Source: Aplysia californica (lineage: Eukaryota). From it: a stretch of 64,000 bases of DNA. The position numbers were made by a program, and so were the translations under genes. The notes under the pieces are model-generated. The model worked only from the letters and a program-made list of their open reading frames with translations, ran no database searches and was not told the DNA's origin. How positions within the stretch are numbered: the stretch's first letter is position 1; each line of letters opens with the position of its first letter. The stretch is taken from assembly GCF_000002075.1 (NCBI RefSeq), contig NW_004797721.1:188659-252658 (forward strand), in the 5' to 3' direction. Positions 14,001 through 26,000 of this stretch are shown here, one piece after another.

Positions 14001-17000
14001 CATGAGTCTCAAAATCTACGCTTATCCAGTTGCCCCTCCCCTTTACCTGTCGAAAATTTATAGCTTTCCATCGTCTTTACACACCACTACGTTGTGAACA
14101 CACCAATTAAAATTCGGGAGTAAAGACAACTTCTGCAATGGTCAGGGAAGAATTCACAGTTCTATGTGATCCCGCCTGGAGCGAACATGTTGGCCCTACC
14201 CACCCAGCGAGTGATGTAAGTTTAGGGGGAGAGCTCAGGTGTGAGTGCGATGTTCAGGGAAAACAAACGTGTCGGTCAGTTCACACCCCGGTGTGATCCC
14301 GTCTGGGGCAAACATTGTATCGCTTTATCGAGTTTTACAACGTGTATGTGATCACATTCACGATAGTGGCTGATCTACAACGCGACGGACAGTTTATTGA
14401 TCTCAACTTTTCACTCTTGGTTGATCAATTGTCCCGCCCGAGTTTTTGTTGCGCAAATTATGATCTGAAATGCGGGATCTTAGCTGAAAAAAAAGACCTT
14501 CAGAGTGAATCAGAGCAGGATCATAGGGGTGACTTTTGTATACTATAAATTCTGTTTTCTTAAAACGGCGGGATCTTAAGCGAACCGGGATCGTAAGCGG
14601 TGGGATCTTAGGCGGAGACTACTGTAGTACATCAGAAATTGGCTTTGGTCACACAAAGCAAAATTCTACAGGGATGGTATACATTTACTCATGCAGGGAT
14701 GGCAAAATACTTGACTGTTCATGGAGACTACATTGAGAAATACAGAGATGAGAATGTTTAGCCAACTAACTCATATAACTGTGTCAGTTGCATCTCACTG
14801 ATGACAAAACTTTTCAATTTATAGCTATTTTCTTGTTAATTCTGGGACATCCCTCATAGTACTCAGAACACAGTGCACACTTGACTCAACATAATTTACT
14901 CAGTCCATAACAGTTCCCTTGAAGATAATGTCAAAAAAATACCAAAGCATAAATAGACAGTTACAGCAGACATACTTTTTAGCCTGAAGAGCATGAGTTG
15001 CACAGAGATGTTTCTGTAAAAGTAAATAAATGACTGGTTTTTATACCATTATAAATTGCAATGAAAAATTCCTAAATTACACATGCCAGTCTTCTACTAA
15101 CCCTTATTCTAGACCAAAACAAGTACATGTTTCGATAACAATATTATGGCCAGAAAAATATGGGTCCCAACAAATGTTTGCCTCTTCTATTCACTCAAAT
15201 GTTAACACAAAGTGTAAGTATTTTTCAGTAAATACTAAAGAGCACTTAAATCCCCATCATCAACTTCAAAAGCAGCACTCACCTCTAATGGATTAGTTGT
15301 ATCTGGCAACTGAAGCAAATATTCTATACAACCTTTATAAATCTGTGAACGAAAAAGTAACATAAAGACAAAACAGATTATAATGCACTGGTGTTAAGAA
15401 TATAACAAAAAAGAACCAAAAAAAAAAAGATCTCTCACTCATGCACCTCTAACCATAAGCAACCACCTTTATTCACATAATTAACACAAATCCTTTTGAA
15501 ATTAAAAAAAAAATGCACAAAACAAACTGTAAAGTGTCACTGCCACTAAAGTTAACCTCCATTCAAGTTTGAAAAGTAGTGTTTACCAAATAGTTCATAC
15601 CAACCATTACATAACACTTTTTGGTTTTAAAAAGCCAGTGGAAAACCACTAATGCAATACAACACAATGAACATATGTTACAACAATTATATCATTATTT
15701 AAACTGTTTCTTTAAAAGGCCAAGAATTCAAGGCAAGTCAACAAGACAATAATTTAAGGCAAGTCAAATAGACACATGCCACATTTTTCCTCCAACCAGG
15801 ATAGTATACCAATATCACTTTTTTTTTAAAGCAGGATTACCAGACCATACAAAAACACCCACCTTCTACCCACTGATGCTCTTAAAATGTCAAGGTTTCT
15901 CAGCACTTTCACAGATTGCATGATAAAATGTATACTTACAACTACAAGTCTGTTAAAGAAAGACGGCTGGTTTGACGGCCACCATGAATCTGTAAGAAGA
16001 AAACACAGAGCACATGAATGCCATTGACCAAACTTCACGAACTGAAATATAAATGAAACAAATTAATTGTTATTTCCAACAAAATGTTCCAACAAAATGA
16101 TAAGAAAGTAAATGATTCCAGGAAAGGAGCACACCACTTTGGTAAAGATACTCACCCTTTAAAAAATATTATACTTAAACAAATACAACACTAATGTACA
16201 GTAAAATCCATTCAATGGGTTCCTCACAAAATGAAAGTAAGGTCATCAGCTGCAGCTGAATACTTAATGCAGCCACTACTCTTCTAATAATACTCAATGC
16301 TTTCTGCTTCATTTTTAAACTGACTCCAGCACCTTGTGACTTCGGGTAAAACATAACAGACAGTATCATACAGTAATCACACTATCCTGAGGTAACAATT
16401 ATAATTTCAGTGTTTCTAGAGAACCCATCATCAGAATTCTAAAGGAAATGGTAGAAGGAAAAGCAGAATACTGACCATTTCTTATAAGCAAAAAAATGTC
16501 ATGAAGGCTAGCCAAACTGCCAATTATAAACCTTACACAAGACTTTTTGAGCGACTGGATCCATGGACAGAAAGGCATTGGCGAATGGACAGATGATAGA
16601 ACTGTACAGCTTGGGCTGGTCAAAAAGGTGGCACTCAGGCAGCATTATGTACAAACGAAGGGCCTCAACATCTGGTGGACTCTTTGGCAGCATGGGAATC
16701 AGATCCTGCTCAATGCTAGTGCAAATCTGTGGAAAGCAATAACACTATAATAATAAATAGCATCTGTGTAGTGCATTAAACTATTCAACAGCAAGTTCTA
16801 TCACCTCAGTAGATCACAGAACACTGAGAAAGATTCTCAGTTTCCCCAGAAACAATACAGTGCATGCAGTCGATTTAGTGTTTGAACACTAACAAATTGA
16901 CTAGATTATCCAAACATAACTACTAAGGTTTTTTTTGACAAATTCGACTGCCTTTTTCTATTGTTGGAAACTAAAATAACCCTCACTTAGTCATGACTGC

Positions 17001-20000
17001 ATATTTCCATTCAATATGTTGGTCCAAATCACGTACTATGAACATAATATATTGATAAAGAGCTTATCTGAATCCCTCCCAACAAAAGGCTCACACAACT
17101 TCACATTTGTTCCAGCCGCCACCCAAGTCTCCCAGAGAATGGCAGGGTTTTACTTTTAGATACTTAAACATTAATTTTACTCCAAAAAAGCCTGTTGTGC
17201 ACAGTAAAAATGGCCTCACAAAAAGTATTTTCAACAGAAAGTGACCATCAAAATTAGAGGAGTAAGTATCAGGTAAATAACCCAGGCAACGCACCCATAC
17301 CTGAGCGTCAGAGTGTACACAAGTTTTTAAAAATGTTCCTTCAAAGATGTTTTCTTTCAGACTCATAATAGTCCAGAAAAAAAACAAAAGAAGGACAAAA
17401 AAGAAGAAGAACCAACCAGCAGAACCTTCAAACATTAACATCTTATAAGAACTCACATATTGTTTGATGACAATGTTCGGAAGCTTCGAGAGACCCTGAA
17501 AAAATTCCCGTACTGCATTCATATCCACACCGTGCTTTTTACTACTGCTGCCATAGTGCTCATCACGTCTGTGGAAGACAATCATAAATGTGGTGATACT
17601 ACTCAACTTTACTGATGTCGCAAATAAGCTAAATCATATAAAACCTATAAGCAAACAGGTCAAGGCAAAAATTGGACCAACTTGAAAACTACCAAAATTG
17701 AATCTTCCGAAGCCTTGCATTATTTTTTGTTGCTTTTGTCGCAACAATCAACCCAGCATACTACGAGCTTTTGCCTTTTGCTTTAGACTCAGTATAACAA
17801 TAATCTATAAATTGATTGACAAAAAAACAACAAAAAACCAGGACTCAACAAAACTTCCGGTGCTTATTACAGCCAAAATGAAAAAGTGTGATTCAACAAA
17901 GCTAGGTATAAACCTCAAATGTAAAAGAAAAAGTAAAATAAACAAAATGTTTCTGATAGGGAAATAGAAAAGAAGCAAAAATCCTCCCATTCCAACCTAA
18001 GGTAGGAGATCTTCTCTACAATGTTAAAGTACCTTTCTAAAACAGGAAAAATTAAAACAATCCATATTCTCCCATAATATATTCTACAAATTACGAGGAA
18101 ATGTCTAACTTATTTCAAATTTTTTGTAAACATTTTTCACTCTATAAACTATCTTGATCTCATATACAATTCAGTACTTACGGCATGAGAAATGAGCCAT
18201 TCAAGCATGATGCATGAGAAAAGATTTTTGTCATCTCACTGAAAGTAAACAAAACAAGATATAAATAAAGAAGCAGCGGCAACATAATAATTCACATATA
18301 AAACATCATGAGACAAACTTTATCAATATTTCATTTGAAGAAATTCAGAGTGTGCCTTAACCAGATTTTGCAACTTAGATGTTATATTATCTATAGCCTT
18401 GTACTAACAAATTAACCTACTAATAGTGAAGACCAGCCTGTGGTAACCACCATTCATCTAAACAAAGATGGTCAACTCAACTAGGTATTACTACACAAAT
18501 AAACAAGGACAAAAACTTACTTTTCACCAGTCTAGACGCAAAAATAAAAAAAGGAAGCATGCACAAAAAGACAATGTATTAAGAACAGCAAATACATGTG
18601 CTATTCTGAAAAACACAAGACAGTGTTGACATGCAAAACCCATTGCTATCAGAACTAAAATGTATCAGCCATAATCACAAATACATTCTGCAGTCTGTAA
18701 TGCTCTTAGAATCTTTACAAATACTAGGAACATCCAGGAAATAATACTAGGAACGGAAAGATTAAAAATTAGATCTAATAATGTTTCGGCAGTTACAAAG
18801 GCTTACTATAAAGTGAGAAATAATTAAAATTAAAGTCTGGGCTACTTATCAAAACAATTCCTCAGACACCTGTAGCAAGCACACAAAGACCTGGCCAACA
18901 GAAGGAAAACTTGTTCAAAACTATCAGAAGCTTGACTGGCAATATCGTTTTAGTTTTTTAGGAAGAGTTTTACAGCACTCGCAACTGCATAAGGTCATAT
19001 GAGCATGTGAAACACAAATTGGTTGTGTTCACGACAGTTCACAGCACAGCTTGGTCTTGGGCAATGATTCGATTAAAAAGATTAAGGTAAACATACTCAC
19101 TCTGAAAGCTCATGCGGAGGGGTATCATTTGATTTGAGGTCATGAAACATTTCAATTCTTTTCTGGGAAAGTGTAAGGATTTGCCTGACATGATCTCTTT
19201 CCCGAAAATCATCAGAATGGCAAGCCTGCAAATACAAGAATCACATGAAGGTTTTAGTATGATTACTGTAAAAGTATTACCTCTCTGGTCAACGATATAT
19301 ATCACAACTACAAATTTTGCTGAGACTGCCTACCCCTACTTCAAGAACACCTTTGAACTGAATTCATAAGTCATTGTAACAAAACGAGACATGTTTTTTT
19401 TTCAGCATTGCTACCATACTGGCACTACTAACAACCACAAACTCATGCCAGCTGAGAAACATCCATATTCACTGAGGAACTTACGTTTTAACTTTGGCAC
19501 CAAACACCAGTTGAACAAACTTATTTAAAGGCTACTTTTGTTGCTACCTTAAGATTCAAGTCCACAAAAATGAAACAGAACAGGAATTTTCAAACAATGT
19601 AAAGTGACACGTACCAAGGTAAACAAAGACCTCACAGTCTAGCTAAATCATCCAGCCAGCTTTTCTTTTCCAAATTCCCCAGCCCTTTGCCCAGTACAAA
19701 ATTTCATATTACAGCTTTTCACTTTTGTCTGACCATGTTAAAAGAATTCTAGCTCATTTATTAATTTACCTATGTCCACGAAACTTTGCATGGCACTTCT
19801 GAAGGCCAACAACCAAACAAAAATTCATTTTCTTAAATCTTGATCCAGTACCAAAAAAGTTTTTCTTTTTAGGTCATATATCAAAACCTGCTCTCTGGAT
19901 GCATACACATGATCACTAAAATAAATTATTGACAGTAACCTTATCTACAAATTGCTCGTTTTGAGACAGCGACACCACCCTGCCCCCACATTTCAGTGTA

Positions 20001-23000
20001 AGCTTGTAGATTTATCTCCCACCAGAATCTCAAAAATTACTCACCACATCTATTGAAATAAGTTTCTTAGATGCATCTTAAAGTGTGGTGTTGAAGAAAA
20101 TATGTCAATTTCTAAATGTTTTAGGTGTATGTTGTAAATCCCCAATTATTTTTTTGACATACTTTTGACTTACATTAAAGAAAATGAGTCGGAACCTTAG
20201 TTTGCAATGACCTTTGTAAATGGGCTTATAGATTTCAGTTGGTCATCGAACTTTTAGACCCATATGGAAAGATCTGAGAATATTAAACTGAGCGACAGTA
20301 AGACGAAAGTGAACAAGCTATAAACTTAATTCAAAAAATAAAAAATACATAAAAGGTAATGATCAGCGAATGAAGAATCATAGATGCCCCCCTGCCCCCC
20401 ACTCATCAATCATGGAAGTGCTCTTGAATACGATAGAACACTCCATTCAGAGAAAATTTGTATGCATTCATTCAAGGATGTATCACAATAATACGCAATA
20501 CAACTTTTATCCGTGGAAATTCCAGATCCAACTTCAATCAACATCAAGACTGAACTGTATTTATTAAGAACAGCATCCCAACTTACTGAACAATCTTGAG
20601 CGAGAACAAAAGAGTGATCTCCCCCTGTGTAGATACTCTTGACACAGAGTTCTGGTCCTTGGTTGTCCACTTGCATGTTGCTGGTGCCTGCGCCACTCTG
20701 GCTGACAAAAGGACCCTGCACCAAAAAAGGGCTGTTTTTGTTCTCCAATGAGGAGGTCCCAAGCTGCCCACTCCCCCCTAGTCCAAATGCATACAGACGA
20801 CCTGTGCTTGGCACAAATGCAAGAGTGTGGCCCCTGAAACAATAATTACATATATCTGTGAAGTTAAATCACTGGATTTATTGTGCTTTTGTGTATTACA
20901 AATCAATTCCTCTTAGCGAACATAACAAATGAAGTGAGTGTCATATTTTACTTTATTTAAAAGGACCAAAATCATTCTCAATCTCAAAGCCCCACAATAA
21001 ACAGGAAATCCATTTATGTACAAAGCTCATAAATTTGTTTTCTTCTCTAAGCTCAATAGGGGAGTAAACAGAAGGTTTATTTTATTCAGAGTTTGAACTA
21101 GAAAAAAACCTGTAAAACTTACTGCTGAAATGTCTATTTATTGTAAAATATCTTTCTACAAAAGGTAACACAACTTCCCAACAGCTCCCTTAGCCAGCCT
21201 GTCATTCAATGTACTATTTCAAATCATTACCTCCCACAAGCAATCTGAGAGACCTCCACTCCAGACAGCTCAATAACTTGGCGTGGTAAAATCTCGTTGC
21301 TGTTGCTATTGTGTCCCAGCTGGCCGTAACTCCCTGCCCCAAACGTGAACACACGACCATCCTGTCCAGGGAAGACAAGAAGTAGATAACCAATGTGTTT
21401 AAAATAGAAACACATACTTTTTACTTTTACTTTACTTTATACTTCCTCTATTGTTACAAGTCAAGGGGAGGTGCAGTTTTTGGTCAAGGACTAGGAGGGT
21501 GGCTTCCTGTTGTTGATATATTATTCTTTTTGAGGACCTCTTTGACGCCATCCAGCCAAGTTTTGCTAGGCCTGCCTCTACCCTTGTGCCCTGACTCTCT
21601 TGAGATGTATGCTCATGCAGATGGTTGGTTTAGGGGCACTCTCAGATGACCGAACTACTTGATTCTTTGATGTTCTTTAAGTCCCAAAACTGGTTTCATT
21701 TCTGTTCAATTTCAGTTTCCTTCCGTCTGCAGTGTTTCCTTGTGGCATTAATTAATTCTCCAAGGCATTTCATCTCACAAGCAATGATATTCCTTTCTTG
21801 TGCTGTGTTTAGCTGCCACTGCCACATTTGGCATTGGTAAGTCAGTGTTGGAAGGAATATTATACTCTTGATAAGTTGTCTTTTTACTTCTGCTGGTAGG
21901 GGGTTATGGGCGGTGACAATTGGTAAGTTACTGTATTTGCTTTTTGGCGTCCTCATTTCAATTTCCAAAACATCCAAATGCAGTAACCTACCAATTGTCA
22001 CTACTACTCACCCATATACAAACACAGAATACCGTATTTCACAATTGTCCATTTCATAATATTATCTTACAATGGTACTTTCAAAGCATACAAATAAAAC
22101 AAATCACGTCTTACATAGAAAGAAAACAACAAATGAACAAATTCACGCAAAATGCCTAGTATTACTAGTTCATGCTATGCATAATTTACGTTTCTTTTTC
22201 ACTATAAGACTGCCTGACAGAGAGACACGCAGTAATTTTCACAAAGAGACAGGCTGACAAAAAGACAAACAGGCTTAGACAGAAAGCCAAACGGCCAGAA
22301 AGACTTACAAATAGGTCTAAAAACTGACAAATTAACAAAGAAATAATTACCGCAGTGAGGGCAGCAGAATGATTTTCCCCAGCACAGATGTATTTGATTT
22401 TTTGAGTTCTCAATGAACGGCACTGTCTTGGCATATCATAATCTGTGAAGTCATCAAGAAATCAAGAAGCACAGCATGAAGTCATCTTTGTTCAAGACCA
22501 ATATGCCAGTCATAAAAAAGGGAGGACTTTTTAGAAACAAACGTTTCCAACTTAATCCCTCAAAAGAGAAACATAGCAATGATTAAACATTTTTGATTGG
22601 GTAAAAATCCCTTTTAATCATGGTCCACAAAGTATGGAAAACTGGATCTGTCTTTTTACATTTTCTTATGACTTCTGAAGTGGTAATCTTCCATTATTGC
22701 CAATCTTCTCATATCGTAGGCCTTGTGATAAAACCGACAAACCCAAATGGGGTAAATTTTACAGGAGAAGGAAAAAACTGTTTTATTTCAAAACAAAGGT
22801 GTCTAGCGATACATCAGTGCTTTAAAAACCTATAATAACACTTTACGAAAAACTGTAGACCTTTTTTTCCTTTAAAAATCACTTTTAATGAAACTGTGTG
22901 GGTTGGACGGTTATGTCGCTCAAATATTTCCAGATAAAACCGACCAATCCTCAGTTTTGTGGGTTGGCTGGTTTTGTCAGGAAGCTACTGCTGGGCTTGA

Positions 23001-26000
23001 ATGCAGCCAAGCCCCATTTGCCAGTAACGCATCTGATCTGTTGTTTCAATCGTCGTGATCTTTTATGTTACATGTATCATCATCATCATCAGAAGAAGAA
23101 AGAAAAGTAAGGGGAGGAGGAGGAGGAGGAAAGGAAGAAGAAAAAGGAGAGGTAAGTGGAGGAGGAGTAGGATAAGGAGAAAGAGAAAAGGGAGGAGGAG
23201 GAGGAGTAGTAAGAAAAAGAAAAAGAAGGAAGAGGAGGAGGAGGAGGAGGAGGAGGAAGAGGAAAGGAAGAAGAAAAAGGAGAGGTAAGTGGAGGAGGAG
23301 TAGGATAAGGAGAAAGAGAAAAGGGAGGAGGAGGAGGAGTAGTAAGAAAAAGAAAAAGAAGGAAGAGGAGGAGGAGGATTTTATCCCTACAACCATACTA
23401 TCAGCTGCTGTCATTTGAGAGCTATGGAGTCAATTCAGGCAAAAACAGCAGTCACAAAGTTGACAATTTACCAGAAGTAGAAGAAGCAGAATACAGCAAT
23501 TGGTCTATTAACAACATTTGAAGTAGAAGAGCAGGAGGTTCAAAGGGTAAGGGAGAGCAGCTACAGCAAAAACAACAAAAACAACAACAGTAATAGTAGC
23601 AGCAGTAGCAGCAGCAGCATGCCTTTAGAACTTATGGTTGTGTTTGACACGGTACTATTGACACTGGCTGGTCATTCAAACATCGGAAAGAAATGAAAGC
23701 AGAAAGACACAAAAAAAGCTCCACTACCTCAGCAATGATTTGAGTGAAGCAGGTTAAATAATAGTATAATGTTATATACAAAAAGACTTTGTAAGTATCA
23801 AAGAATGCGCCCATGGCTTGACAACAACTACTTTATTGAGCTTTCTCAACAACAGAAGAGCATTTCTGTCTCAATCTGTGTCCTATGGCCATAACAAAGC
23901 AATGCGACAAAAAGTCACCACTGTTTTGAAAGACTACAATAATCGAATTTTACTTGATCGCTTTCAAAGCTTCTTACAGAGGCAAAGTGTCATAATAATT
24001 GTGGTAGCATTGTGGTACAACAGCCTTTAACTCCTGTAGATGCTTATACTGGCTAGCAGTTATCTTCACTGTCTTTGTAGAGAGGTCTAGCAGTAACTGT
24101 TGTACACAGGGTGTTCAGCTTACTTGGTCCTTGCAGCGCCTGCCATTCATCATCAAAGTTCAGCTTGTACTGAATTTTGAAGACTGGAGTGTACTTTGGT
24201 GCCGCAAGTCAGTGACAGTACAGTCACCTGGTTTTCTCCCTGAGCGGATCGTTTAGTACTCTCTGACCTTTGCAAAATCTTTGGAAATGCTGTGGTCCAG
24301 GTACATAACTTCATAGGGCCTGGGGATGCGTCTAGCTTGGTGCAGGTTGTTCACGCAGTCCACTGTGATGTAAATCAGTGCGGTTTTTTTTAGCGATCGC
24401 TCAATAGTGCAATTAACTGAATCCACCTCCATTTGGGTATGGCCCTTGGTGAGAATTTCTGCTCAACTGTGATGTCAAGCTCTTTGGCAAGCGAGGCCAT
24501 TGCACTCGCCAGGGTGGCATTTCCGTTTTGCTATTTGCACTCATCACTGTAGATGATGGAGTGGTTGAAGTCAGTCGCTCGCAATCTGAGGTAGTGAGTT
24601 AGTCATGATGAAAACTGTTGGAGCTCAGACTACCTTCACTTTCATCCCAAACATATCATCTGGTGTCTCTGGTGGCAAGATCCTAAATCATAAAATTGTA
24701 TTCAGCCAATTTTATTTCATAATATAAAGCGGATGTCTATAGTAATGGTGGCAGAAGGACGCTCTGGATCTCCATACAAAAGGCGTGTGATTGCGAGGTA
24801 GAAAGACTGTACTTACCGAACTCACTAGCAGGAGAAGATGTGAGGATCTGCAAGGTGGCGACGCGCCTGCGCTGGCCGGCTCAGATCGCGTCGTCAGGAA
24901 GTCACTTCGCCTGCAGCTACGACAACGTCGGCCACTCTCATCTCTAGCAGAACTGAGACGGGACAGAAGGGGCGCACAGAATTCCCACCTCGCTTTTATA
25001 CCCATGTTTTGGCGTCCCTAGTGTCACAGGGCGGCAACTCTGTTCGGCCCGCCCAGTGCCCCCTAGTCTCATGGGCCCGTAACTCTCAATTATTCATCTT
25101 TCCAATAACAAGGCGCACACTTTGTTCTCTGGGTTCAGTGCAGCCTCCATGTCCTCTTTCTCTGCTCGAGATGCAGCTTTAATCATATTCATATTTGATG
25201 AGCAGTGTATTCTGTTTCTGTGGGGTTTCTAGATGCGAAGCTGGTGCAAATGTCACACTGGTCTTTCTTGGTTGAAAGTAAACCCAAATTGTTTTTCTAG
25301 AACTTTGGCAGAACACTTGATAGCTCAATGTTGTTTTTTCTGCCTCTCAGCACATTTATCGAGGGACACTCGATGCAGATCTGACATGTTCTGGATTTTC
25401 ATCTGCAGACAGGAGGGTATCTTCGAAAGTTTGTCAAAAAATTCCTCTTTATGGAACAACTTGTCGTCCTTGGCTCTCTCGTGGTGGGCATGATGAGTTC
25501 TTTTGGGGGGGGTCTTGGTTGTTTTTTTCCGGAGAAGACACTTTAAATAAACCAGTGGGTCAGGCCTGTAGTGTTCATGAAGATAGTTTTACAAACAGAA
25601 ATTCTTTAATTAACCGTTGACTTTTTTAAAGTGGTGTTGAAGGGTGTAATTTCTTCTTGGTTTTTCACTTGCTGTGTAAGATCTCTTTTTGTCTATCCTG
25701 TCTATCATGGCATATACGTAGGCTCTCTTTTCCTTCCAAGAGAGTGACTAGTGATGTCATTGCATTTTGTACCAACCAGTTGACAACTGCAAAGGACGTT
25801 AAGTTCATGCCCTGCGCACTTCGTGCCTAGACATGTGTAGAGTCATTCCCAGTTTTTTCAACCTCTTCCTTTAGTTAACCTTCCAATCGTTTTCATCGCA
25901 AGTCCTTTTTGCAGAGATCAAGGGTAACATAACGGTCGTATCATCAGCTGGTGTGACATTAGCCTGGTCATGTTGATCAATTTCCATTGCACTGAAGGTC

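Noticed and set aside
23046-23414. ORFs rich in L/F/P or R/K/E
   Set aside because: Translations of a low-complexity purine tract.
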